Assembly: GCA_903813345.2 (NCBI GenBank)
Contig: CAIIXF020000001.1
Coordinates: 15,190,001 to 15,254,000 of the forward strand
Source: Owenia fusiformis
Lineage: Eukaryota
DNA length: 64,000 nt
Direction of reading: 5' to 3'
This document shows positions 1 to 11,770 of the stretch, piece by piece. Both the position numbers and the translations under genes were made by a program. The notes below the pieces were generated by a model. It was not told the DNA's origin, searched no databases, and was given only the letters and a program-made list of their open reading frames with translations. Numbering within the stretch: position 1 is the stretch's first letter; each line of letters opens with the position of its first letter.

Positions 1-64
1 AATCAGTACGTGAATGGGTGAATGGTATGGTGAAATCTGTTATGTAATCTATAAATCTTTGAAA

Positions 65-275
65 TGATTTGCTTCATAGGCGTCAATCTATTTAAAAATG
101 CGAAACATCGTGACTGGTCAAACATCAATATTTGTGCTGCAATTCAAGCAGTGAACATCTACATGAATTTTTAAACTGATTTGCTTCATAGGCGTCAATC
201 TATTTAAAAGGACGAAACATCATGACTGGTCAAACATTAATATTTGTGCTGCGATTCAAGCAGTAATCATCTACA
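65..275. repeat. Two-copy tandem repeat, 112-bp period
   Basis: tgatttgcttcataggcgtcaatctatttaaaa...catctaca starts at 65 and again at 177, with scattered substitutions. Confidence 0.85.
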
Positions 276-329
276 TAACCTGTTAATACAAATTTATGAC
301 ATTATATCACAAAATGTATGTCATTGCTG

Positions 330-735
330 TTTTTATGTCACCACCAAAAGCGTTGACATATTGTTCTCCATTTGTCTCCATTTTTGAGACGGCGTTTGAC
401 ATCTGTTTGGGATCTGTAACAAATGGTAGGTTGTGACATTTTGCATGTTTATGCCTTGTTTGAATTATTTACAAAATGTTATAAAAAATATCAAAATAAT
501 ATATTTTTAAAAGCCTCATTCATTTTGAATTATTGCATTGAAGAGGATTCAAAGATTGACTTTTTGCATGCTGGTGACGTTGCGCCATTCTTACACCTAA
601 AACCTAACCGATTTTACCATTGTATATGCTTTTTGAAGAAGGAAATCTTATTTGTTGAATTTTCTAGCAGAAATCGACTCCCTTCACTCATTTTGTCAGA
701 TTACTGGCAGTGACATTAAAGAGACAATTTTTATT
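330..735 (+). mobile_element. Short Helentron/HINE-like non-autonomous element (same 5' end as the element at about 50768)
   Basis: T-run followed by the atgtcaccaccaaaag..tgacata hairpin and ..tctgtaaca, closely matching 50768-50880. A possible subterminal inverted repeat (ggcagtgaca) lies near 707-716. The 3' end is uncertain. Confidence 0.45.
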
Positions 736-738
736 ATC

Positions 739-1719
739 TAGAGTGTCTCAAAAGATGAACCAAAGGTATATCAACAGCAAAGATAAATCAATCAATATTT
801 TCAGATATTTTTGCATGGTCATTTAGGAAAAGCATGTAAGTTTTCTCTCCAATACTAATTTTTTAGTTCAGTCTTGCCTTTTTGATGCTTTAACCCTTTT
901 TATACCATGTGTTTAATTTAACCTCCTTACATTTCGATAAAAGCCTGCATCCTTACTGCTACATTGTTTATCATATATGACAATGTTTCTGGTGGAATGT
1001 TTTGAATTTCCTTTCACATGTTGACCTCAAATTGTTCTATGTCTCTTGGCTTTGGGATAAACATAAATATGGTTCTTGAAGTCATTCCAGAGAAAATGTT
1101 TGGGGTGTCAAATCTGTTGAATAGGGAGGCCTTCACACTGTCTTTATATAGAAAGAAGAAACTGCTTTCATGGGAATTTTTGTTTGGCCCTTGCTGTACA
1201 TGGAGGGGCTCAAACTGTCTGGAACCACAGTGTTCTCATTTGGATATCATTCAGTCTCTGTAACTCTGGCAGATGGAACTCCATTATCAATTAACTGCTA
1301 AATCATTTGACGATAATTGAGCTGGTTCTCTGTGATTGTTCTGCCATCTTCAACCTTGGAACTTTTTTCTCTAGGGCTATGTGAAGGAGCATGTTAAGCT
1401 AATCCCACGCCAAAAGACCTAGAACAACATAAAGCCAACACCCAAAGAGAAATTAAAAACGTTCCACCTGAAATATTATCAAATGTGATGAACAATGTAG
1501 CACAAGGATACAAGCTGTTATCGAAATATGAAGTAAAAAGTAAAGGGTTAAATCATCAAAATGCAAGACTGAGCTGAAAACTTTGTATTGGGAAGGAAAC
1601 TTACATGCTTTAGCAACATGACCATGCAAAAATATCTACAAAATATCTATAAAATAAATATTGATTGGTTTAATCATGGTGTTAATATACTTTTGGGTAC
1701 ATTTTTGAGACACCTTGTA
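739..1719. mobile_element. Tc1/mariner-derived non-autonomous element with long imperfect TIRs
   Basis: Ends are gtgtctcaaaagatgaaccaaaggtatatcaac and ttaatatacttttgggtacatttttgagacaccttgTA. Same family as 35614-37659. Both arms carry degenerate transposase 3' sequence. Confidence 0.75.
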
Positions 1720-1947
1720 CTATTTATCATACCAAGCTATTATAGTTCATAAATAGCATTGTATTTTTATATTAAGTGTTGATGAAGCGAGGACTTTAAC
1801 CCAAGAGTTCCTACATCCATGTGACATTTATTTCCATGTGACTAACATCACCTTTATAGTGTAACTTTGAACAAATTAACGTTTTATCACCATGTCATCC
1901 ATGTGACATTGATATCCGTGTTAACATCACCTCTATGGCATTCATTC

Positions 1948-3036
1948 ATGTTATAGCCATCTACATGTACGTATATGTAACATCAATATTCATGTAGCAT
2001 TACCCATGTCAAGGACCCATATGGCAGTGGTTGAATTTTTCTTTTGTTAATCTATTTCAGTGGTGACTTTCATGACAGGGATGCTTTTTATTCTTAATGT
2101 TTCCATCATCCTTGTCACATCTCCATGTTCACCTCACCAGTGTGATTTGACTCCCAAATATCATCTGTGTGACATTAATCTCCTTGTTAACATCATCTAT
2201 AGCTGTGACATTGATTCAGCTCCTCTGGGCACATCTTATTGTGATGACTTTTGCCCCAGCATCCAGGCCTACATGTACATCTGAGACTTTTTGATAAAAT
2301 CCGTTATACAGGGCGTTTCAAAAAACGCAACGGGTAGTTATCTCGTAAAATCACAAAACTAGTGATGACTACATCAATTTCATTCAATGCACCATGAAGC
2401 AACGTCTCTCCTCTTTGCGATGATATGTCTTAATTCACATGTGGTAATGATGGGTGAGAAATCCTTCCATTTGCACAGTGGGTCAAAATCAAAATGTTAT
2501 AGCCATCTACATGTACATATATGTAACATCAATATTCATGTAGCATTACCCATGTCAAGGACCCATATGGCAGTGGTTGAATTTTTCTTTTGTTAATCTA
2601 TTTCAGTGGTGACTTTCATGACAGGGATGCTTCTTATTCTTAATGTTTCCATCATCTTTGTCACATCTCCATGTTCACCTCACCAGTGTGATTTGACTCC
2701 CAAATATCATCTGTGTGACATTAATCTCCTTGTTAACATCATCTATAGCTGTGACATTGATTCAGCTCCTCTGGGCACATCTTATTGTGATGACTTTTGC
2801 CCCAGCATCCAGGCCTACATGTACATCTGAGACTTTTTGATAAAATCCGTTATACAGGGCGTTTCAAAAAACGCAACGGGTAGTTATCTCGTAAAATCAC
2901 AAAACTAGTGATGACTACATCAATTTCATTCAATGTACCATGAAGCAACGTCTCTCCTCTTTGCGATGATATGTCTTAATTCACATGTGGTAATGATGGG
3001 TGAGAAATCCTTCCATTTGCACAGTGGGTCAAAATC
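1948..3036. repeat. Recent 546-bp tandem duplication including the left end of a mariner-like element
   Basis: 1948-2490 is nearly identical to 2494-3036. ORFs 2060 and 2606 are offset by 546 bp and differ at 2 aa. Confidence 0.95.
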
Positions 3037-3822
3037 GGCTCTGGTCCAAGTTTTAGATTTTGCAAAATGCCAATGGGAGTTCCCCTGACTTGAAATGCTG
3101 TGACTTTTTCTTTTGGAGCTATCTCAGGAGCATCTGTGCTCACAATTCCTTCACCAGATATTGCGAAACCTCGAGAAAGAATTGCCCATAGGCTGCTTTT
3201 CTCTGCTTTAACCCAAAGATGACTCGGGGCTGAACCATGCATGATGTGGACAAATGAGTGCATGTGCAAGGAAGTGGTGGCAATTTGGAGAGGTATAGGA
3301 TGTATTCTTGCAGGAGTATGAGTATGAACACTTTACTGTCTATGCCACACCTGTCACACCTTCTTCCAATAGCCCCTATATCCATTGTACTGACTTTTGC
3401 AATGTTTGAAACTTGAGTCCGAACTGAATTTTGCCCTACTTTGCAAAATAAATGATTATTCAGCCAGCCATGACTCCCTGTGAATGAATGATATTCCATT
3501 GCAAAGAGGAGTAATTTGGCTTTTCGGTACATTGAATGAAAAGGATACCGTCAGCATTTGTTTTATGTATTCTTCCAATATTGCATCGGGCTCCATACGC
3601 TGACTTTTGCGATGTTTATAACTTGGCCCCAAGCTAATTCTGGCCCACTTTGCAAATGGAATGATAACCCGCCCAACCATGACCAAATATCAATGAATGA
3701 TATATCATTGTAAAGAGGAGACACATGGCTTCATGGTGCATTGAATGAAATCAATGCTGTTATCACTGGTTTTGTGCTTTTCAAGGATAACAATCTGTTG
3801 CGTTTTTTTTTGAAACGCACTG
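2855..3822 (+). mobile_element. Tc1/mariner relic with TIRs and TA target-site duplication
   Basis: TA|cagggcgtttcaaaaaacgcaac ... gttgcgtttttttttgaaacgcactg|TA. About 3078-3125 reads SSPDLKCCDFFFWSYL, the SPDL..DFFLWGYL motif of the transposase C-terminus. Confidence 0.85.
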
Positions 3823-5004
3823 TATTGATAAGATCTTCATTAGATTAGATCATCTAAACTATAAAAAGTGTAAATTACAATAGTTAAGATTCAACCTCTG
3901 TCAATCATACTATGTGATTAACTCCTTTATTTTCCACTTAAATCTCCTGTTGTTACAGTTCTCAGTTTTGAATGGTATCCATAGTGTATGGGGATATACC
4001 TGAAATCCATCCATTTGAGACTCATATTTTTCATAGATTTTTGGTATTTCATATTTTGGAAACCTTTTAAAACAAATTCAGATTATAAGTCCTATACCAC
4101 ACATACTTTGTGACATAAGAGATAGATGTAGGAAACCTACATGTAGATGTAGGAAGGGTAAGTTAAAGTCCTACAAAAATCAGTTCTTTCAAAAATATTT
4201 TAAAGGGCATTTTTTCTTCATGGTTATTTTGATCAATATACTTTAATTTCAGGATTACTAGTACTACTACTGGGCTCTTGTATGGATTTTGTCATCATTT
4301 TTCATTGCATATCGAAGACGTTATATTATGTAAAATTATATAAAAACTACTTTTCATTTTGCTTCACTAAGTACCTACTTTATGCTTATAGTCCATTTTC
4401 AGAAAAGCTATAACATAAATCATTCTAAGGTTGATCACCAAGGATTTTGAAGGTTAAAAAATTCCCCTAAAGTAGTTGTCACATTAGCTGTGTGGGCTCG
4501 CCATTTGCCACCGATTGACTTATTTTTGGCATTGATTTTTGGAAATGTTAACATCTAAGTTCTAAAGTTGACACTCTATCTGTATTTTAAATATAAAATG
4601 GTAATTAAGATTTATTTAGTTTATGTCCAAATATCAACAAAATTTTGTTTTCAGCTTTTTCACATGTTAGAAATCAAATGAAACCAGGAATACACTTCCA
4701 TATAAACTTTGTAAATATTGATATGTATATTAGTCAACATATGTCAAAATAGCATAATTAAAGCATTACTATGTATTCATATGGATCATTGACAGTGTAT
4801 GGTAAATTATAACATTAGATTTTAAAATACAAGATCAAGATCTCATGATTTTGACCCCTGTGAATGATAGTCAAAATACATGTAACATTTCCACATACTT
4901 TCATGTACAGTTCAATGGAAAAATATGAACAAGTCATGCACATTTTTACTCAATAAGATTGAAACAACTATGTTTGTTTCTTTTTTTGTTATTGTAATAT
5001 TTTT

Positions 5005-5750
5005 ATAATTGTCAAACAATGACGTTCACAGTAGCTGCCCCAAAAGCTGAATAACTTTGCTAATTCTAACCCAATTTTGAATCTGTTGTCTCTCGAATGT
5101 TGCCTCTATCTTCCACTCATCAAATAAAGGTCAAAACTATGCACACATTCTGTCATACGGCCTAAGTTCTTATATTTATGTTGCTAAACTGGGATATTCT
5201 GAACAAAAATAGATTGATGACGTCACAATTTATGCAAATTAGCTAATTTGCATAACTGAATATTGTAATCGTACAGGATATTTTATAACGTTTAATTTGA
5301 TACCAATATCATTTCTATAGACCAAATAATGACAAAGCTACAAACACTTTAAACGTCCATGATAAGATGTCTGAATATAATTGTCAAATAATGACATTCA
5401 CAGTAGCTGCCTCGAAAGTTTAATAACTTTGGCAATACTGATCCAATTTTGAATCTGTTTGCACTTTTATGTTGCTTATACATTCTTCTTATAGTCTAAA
5501 GGACCAAACTTTGCCGAAATTCTGACATACAGCCTCAGTTCTAATAGATATGTTGCTATACTCGAAAATTCTGAATCAAAAATTGATTGATGACGTCACA
5601 ATTTATGCAAATTAACTAATTAGCATAATTGAATATCATTACTTTATGAGAAATTTAATTAGGTTTAATTTGATACCAATATCGTCTCTATAGACCAAAT
5701 AATGACAAAGCTACAAATGATTTAAGATTCCAAGGTAAGATGTCTATAGA
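5005..5750. repeat. Two diverged tandem units of about 372 bp, probably the internal array of a TE
   Basis: ataattgtcaaa..atgac.ttcacagtagctgcc...tgatgacgtcacaatttatgcaaatta...gaccaaataatgacaaagctacaaa recurs at about 5005 and 5377. Confidence 0.8.
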
Positions 5751-6311
5751 TGCGTAACCATGGTAACGGAATGCTACAATACAGAGCAACCAATGAGAGT
5801 TTGCAAGGGCATCCGGCAGAAAATTGAACCTCAATATGTTACCTTTCAGAAAAGTATGGATGCCATAAATTAACAGAGACCGATACGTTAGGTACATTTT
5901 TTGAAACGATAGAGAGGCATGGGTCTCTAACTAATTATTATGTACTCTATTTGAAGAAACAAATAAGTAATTTTCATTTTCAACATTTAATGATGACTGC
6001 TTCGTATATGCATTTCTATTGCATTTGGCCATTCAAACCCCTATAAGACCTGGTAGCAGGGAAGATAAAGGGTACTTTTGACTGCTCACATGATCTAATT
6101 AACTGGTCATTTGTACTTTTCATCTTCCCTGGTAGCAAGGATTTAGGTTTTCGAGGAAATTAGTAATTCTATTTCCTATCATGTAGCCATTAATAATCCA
6201 ATGAGCATCAATAATACACAGAATAATTGAGGGCATATAATTTGAATATGCATGGGATTACACATACTGTATCATTTTATTTTTTTGATCTACTTGTAAT
6301 AGTTCTAAAAC

Positions 6312-7125
6312 TAACCCCCCTATCACACCAAACTAGTTCTTACCCGTTCTTGCCAGTCCTACGAAAACGTCGTAAAACGGGCTCAATCTGGCTGTGGTCG
6401 GGAAATTTGTCTGAAATAATTAGCTTCTTCGTTCTTAAACAGTCTTCAATACGTCCATCTCGTTCGCAGTTCGTTCAGGTCGCACCACGTCGGCGTGCAA
6501 CGTAGTAGAACGCGTCCCTTAGTCTAGAAGGTCAACATGACCTGATTACAGAACGGTATGGTCGCCATCGAATTTTGAATCGATTCAAAATTCTAAAATC
6601 ACATTCCCGTCTGAGAACGTTCACAAAGTTCGTAAATAGACCTTAGAAAGTTGCAGCTACGTTCATTCCGTTCGCACACAGTTTAAAACCAGTTTTGAAG
6701 AACGCAGTGGCAACTTGTTTGGTGTGATAGCTATATTTTTGCTAACTCGTTCATAAGCAGTGTTAAATACGTTCTTAATCAGTTTAAACCCGTTTGCAAT
6801 TAGTTCTACCTCGTTCTCTACACGTCCTCAGACAGTTCAACTCGTTGTTAAAACGTCCCTAGTAGGATTGAAGTACGACGGTTCCGTTCGTAGTACGTCC
6901 AGCTCGTCGTTAGTACGTTGTCACTCGTTCTAATTGTAGAACGTGGCGACCACGAGAACATTTTGAGCATTGTCTAAGTTCTTGAGGACCTACCCGTTCG
7001 AGTACGTTCGATGAAGTTTGTAAATAGATCCCAAACGGTTCTTAGTAGGTCCAGTCCGTTCGTACACAGTTGAAGCCCGTTTTCGAGAACGTAGTGAGAA
7101 CTAGTTTGGTGTGATAGTAGGGTTA
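6312..7125. mobile_element. MITE, PIF/Harbinger-like termini, copy 1 of 2
   Basis: TIR accc..ctatcacaccaaactagttct / agaactagtttggtgtgatagtagggt. A highly similar copy lies at 23715-24512. Superfamily assignment is inference. Confidence 0.85.
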
Positions 7126-7723
7126 AACATGAAAGGCCAGGCATGCAAACTGGCATGGTATTGTGTTACAAAACATTATTTCATTCTAGATACAATAACA
7201 TGCATATTGGCATACTTCGTTTTAATATAAGATTGTTATAACTCCAAGTTTTGCAAGTCACATGACCAATTCTTAGAGAGTTGATTGGTTGAAACAGTTG
7301 ATATCAGATATGACAATTTAAAATTAGAAATAAGCTGTTTGTCTGGAGATGGTACAATTTCACACTGAATTCTAGCTTAATGAGAGGGAATTGAGATGGG
7401 GCATGTATCTGAGATGAAAGCCTGTGTTTCAAATAGTAAAATTCCATGTCTATCTCAATTTTTTTTGAAAATGGCAGTTAGTACAAAGTTATTCTCACGC
7501 GACGACATGTCATGATATAGGGAGAAAATCAATAAACTCAAGGCCTGTGTTACACTTGCTAACTGTATATATATTGAATGCTCTTACTATGCTAGAATAT
7601 TTTCTCTCCATATATCTTGACATATCAAACACACAATAAAAATGTATCTCTTGCATAAATAAATAAAATATTTTTATATATATTTTTTCTATGGCTCTAA
7701 TCAGAGTGTGTCCTTGATTTTAG

Positions 7724-7837
7724 ATGACACAGTTAATCAAGAACAGCTTAGACGGTGTAATAACTGACTACGCATTTATCGTAGATGTATTCCCAAAGTT
7801 TAACATAATCGTCTCAAGACCAAAAGATCCAAATGCA
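7724..7837 (+). CDS. Glycine-N-acyltransferase-like GNAT, exon A (MTQLIKNSLDGVITDYAFIVDVFPKFNIIVSRPKDPNA)
   Basis: ttttag|ATG ... GCA|gtaaga. F-I-V-D-x-F-P-x-F-x-x-I-V-x-R-P resembles the GLYAT N-terminal VD.WP.F..V..RP motif. An upstream first coding exon may exist but was not located. Confidence 0.7.
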
Positions 7838-8408
7838 GTAAGAACTTGAACCGTTTTTATTTTCATGCATGCCTTTACATATAGCTTCTAGGGATAATTT
7901 TATCAAAAAATCTAGCGAGCATTGAAATTATGGATTGGATAGAATGGCTTTTAAAAGGTGCACATAGATCAGGAATTTAGAAATACGCAAGTTTTAGAAT
8001 CTTGTTTAGAAAATGATACAATAATTATGATCGAATATCATGTAGTCATTTTTACTTCACTATACAGAATGGGCTAACATTTTCCATATTGTGTTTTAGT
8101 ATGACTTTATCAGGTAGCCATCATTACTTAATCATATAGGTTGGACCAAGAAATGTCCACATTTTTGAAATTTTGCGGCAACTCAATTCTTTGATTTAAT
8201 ATATTTTTGAGAATGCAACAGTCAATTACTGGCATACAATTGATCCTAGAATGGCATAACGTGTAGGTCTACTTAGTTTTTAGTTTTTTATCAGTAATTG
8301 TACACAACAGCTTGATCTTCATTTTAATATGTATCTTTAATTCTGTGGATTTTACAGAAATTTCAGATATGCCCCATATATTTGAACCAGGTGGCATATC
8401 AAAATGTA

Positions 8409-9369
8409 CAGGGTGACCCAAAAAAATGCAACCCTCCATTTCTTCAATATTTTTCTAAAATGGAGGTAAATTGCTCTGAGATTTGGCACACAAGAACTTC
8501 ATTCAATGTGGGATCCTCTGGCAAAGTTTTAATAACAATAGTCTTATATTGATCGAGTTATGGTTGTTTCAAAATATGCTCCATATATCGTCAATTTCGC
8601 TGAAAACAAACTTGCAACTGTTCATAACACGGATGCATTCTTCCCCATGGGTATGGCTCAAATTTTTGCAGGAATGCTTGTTGGAGTTCTGCAATTGCAG
8701 TAGGGTTATTTTCATACACATTATCCTTTAAATAACCCCATATATAGAAGTCAGGGGCATTGAGATCAAGGCTGTGGGATGACCATGGGTTCTCCATCCT
8801 AGGAGAGATAATCTCATCATAGAAATGACTAGTGAGCCAGGCTATGCTATCATAAGAAGTGTGAGGAGTAGCCCCATCCTTCTAGAATCACCGTTCTTGT
8901 CTATTGAAGCCTGTATGTCATTCTAGAACTGCCTAGAACTTCCTGGGAATGCCAATATTGCGCTGTGTGTTAACAGTAACAGTGTTGCCATTATCAACCT
9001 CAAACCAAAAGGGGCTGATTATTTCATGTTTGGAAATTGGCAGCCCAAGCTGTGCATTTAACAGAATGAAGGGGCCTTTGAAGCACTTCATCTTGAATTT
9101 GTGATCCCAGAACACATTATTTCTTGAGTTTACATGTTCAGAAAGAAGGGAATGTGATTCTTCCGAAAACCTAACATTGGAAATGGACGACATTTGGAGC
9201 ATATTTTGGAACGACCATAACTCTATCAATATAGGACACTGATTATTGAAACTTTGCCAGAGGATCCCACATTGAATGAAGTCCGTGTGTGCCAAATTTC
9301 AGAGCAATTCACCTCCATTTAAGAAAAATATTGAAGAAATGGAGGGTTGCATTTTTTTGGGTCACCCTG
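8409..9369 (-). mobile_element. Tc1/mariner DD41D (rosa/Visitor-type) internally deleted relic
   Basis: TA|cagggtgacccaaaaaaatgcaaccc TIRs of about 190 bp. The minus strand encodes FSEESH..VNSRN..FW, DGATPH and WSSHSLDLNAPDFYIWGYLK. I count 41 residues between the second and third catalytic Asp. Stop codons are present. Confidence 0.9.
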
Positions 9370-9905
9370 TACATTTTGATATGCCACCTGGTTCAAATAT
9401 ATGGGGCATATCTGAAATTTCTGTAAAATCCACAAACAGATAAAAATTGAAGCATTGGAAGAGCGTTGAGTCGAATATGGAAGATAAGATAAACTACTTC
9501 AACATTAAAAAAGCGGAAGTGGTAGGCCAAATCTTGATTGAAAAATTAATGAGTTTATTTTGGTTATGAATTTGAAAAGTATTAAGCTTAATCTTAAATA
9601 TGGCGCCTGGGGGTCAGGTAGAAAAACGCAAAAATATGCAAAAGAATCTCATGGCTAAATTTTCAGAATTTCAAAAAGATACATTCATTTCTTTGGTCGG
9701 AGATAAAAGCAAAAACTGTTAATAGCCAGTCGGGGAGTCGGTAAAATGATAATGTTTGTCCGATGTGGGATGATAAATGTAGGCCTAGTCGTTCTATATA
9801 TAGATATATTAAGAGTTAGGGATAAAAAATAGTAAAATTATTCTTTAACAAAATCCCATCCTTTGTAAATTCCCGATCCAATCCAAGATTCAGCGTTTTA
9901 CAATC

Positions 9906-11250
9906 AAATGATAGGTATCGATATGGTGAACTGAATTCAACAATGTTTCTCTCTTAAACCAATTATTGAAAACATTTTGTAAAAAACACGTTTCTTTATG
10001 TAATTTTGACTGATTGGCAACAATTTAATGCAAAAATTATATTATATTTTTCATAACTGTTTTTGTTAACATTTTTTGTTTTTTAGTGCAATTGTTTTTT
10101 TTTGTTCCTTTGTACCAATTCTTGAGAATGAAATGAAATGTCTTTCCGAACCTTGTTGGAACAAAATAGCATATAAAACATTTTCTTAGACCTCTCAATA
10201 TTATAGTTATACAAAGGAAATTTTGGTTGATTTAACAAAAAATATGCAAAAACTTAAAACAAAACCCCCTCCCCCAAAATAGATAATAAAAATTAAGATA
10301 ACCCTTTTATTTCATTAACAAGATATTTTTTTAAAATCAACCAAACTTTCCTTTGTACAATTACAATATTGAGAGACCCAAACACGCTGTGTTTATGTCG
10401 TTTTGTTCCAATGAGGTTTGGAAAGATGTTTCATTTCATTCCGAACATATGATACCAAGAACAAAAGAAGTGTCTGATGTGTTTTTCAAAACAATATACA
10501 GGGTGTCAAATAAGTCCCGTTCCCCCTGCCACAGCTAGAACCTTAATAGATGGTGCCTAGTGTGATATACCATTGGAAAGATCATACAAAGTTATGTTAA
10601 CTCACCAACTCTCTGAGTATTTTGGATGAACTTCACCTATATTTTCATGATGTCTTTTATAGTTAGCAGACCCTCCTTTAAGCAGCTTTTTCGTGTCAAA
10701 ATGAGAAGGATTTGACATCAGAAATACGTCAAAAAGTTAATCTTTTTTTGCATTCCACTTGCTACAAAAAGGTGTTCACCACTTACATTGCTCCTCTATT
10801 TTCTACACATCTTGCTCTATCTAGAAATTTGTTAAATTCATTGCCATATACATATGTAGTCATCTTTAGGTTCTTATACCTCATTCTGAAAATCCTGCCA
10901 AATACGCCAAATTGCCATGTTTCTAGGCCTGTAGTCACCTCAATTGATACACTGTAAAACTTTGTGAGATTGATTGACATGTGTCAGATATATGCTAATC
11001 AACGTAACTTTGGAAGACCTTTCCAATGATATATCACACTTGGTACCATATATCTTGGTTTTTGCTATAGGGGGGGGGACTTATTTGACACCCTGTAGAG
11101 AAAAGTATATATATTTCAAATTATAATGTTACCATCCAGAAGATGACCATTAAATTGACGATGTGTAATTTTTTCAGAATGTTTTGTTTTGGGAACGGGT
11201 TTAAGAGAAACGCGTGTTCAAAAAGTTCACCATATCGATACCACTCCTTT
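9906..11250. mobile_element. MITE family B, copy 1 (interrupted by 10499-11095)
   Basis: TIR ggtatcgatatggtgaac / gttcaccatatcgataccactccttt. Other copies at 28085-28821 (inverted) and 61532-62264. Confidence 0.85.
10499..11095. mobile_element. Tc1/mariner-type MITE nested in MITE B
   Basis: TA|cagggtgtcaaataagtccc ... gggacttatttgacaccctg|TA. The empty site aacaataTAgatgaaag is visible in the 62.1-kb copy of MITE B. Confidence 0.9.
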
Positions 11251-11489
11251 GCCATTGTTGTCTGTACTTCACCGCAATTTCCGTTTCTTACAAGTTACCA
11301 TCCTTGGTCCTTTTTCCTTTCGTTTCAAGTATAACTCCCAATTCCATGAACTCAATCCCAATTTGATAATCTATACCCTTCCATACCTTCATATATAGCC
11401 AATATAAACATCTCGTTTATCGCCACACATGCTTTGTATGCCATGATGTCTTTCATAAATGTCATACCCCTCTTCGTTTATGTTTGGAG

Positions 11490-11637
11490 AGATGTTCCGA
11501 AGGCTTCCCTGCCCACTGGATCCTGTTCTACTACATTATTGGCGAAGAAAAGGACGTTGCACTATTGAGAGAGATGATGTCAGATAATAATGTTATAGAC
11601 TGGACAAATAATATAGAAAAACGTGTGTACATTTATG
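11490..11637 (+). CDS. GLYAT-like GNAT, exon B (..GFPAHWILFYYIIGEEKDVALLREMMSDNNVIDWTNNIEKRVYIY G)
   Basis: Open frame with a GLYAT-like L..MM....VIDW.......Y.G segment. The donor G|gtatgt is phase 1 and matches the next exon. The 5' boundary is uncertain (11399 or 11490). Confidence 0.7.
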
Positions 11638-11770
11638 GTATGTAGTTGTAAAATGTATTAACAAGTTACATTTTAAAGTTATATGATCATTTTGAAATAG
11701 TGAAACGCCAAAGCGTTTATTACTATAGGGGTAATAGTTACCATGGTTTAAAAGGTGATATCACACCGGT

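Noticed and set aside
2060-2830. Duplicated 74-aa Cys-containing ORFs as a small gene pair
   Set aside because: They are a by-product of the 546-bp duplication in degenerate repeat sequence, start at GTG and have no recognisable domain. A small exon cannot be fully excluded.
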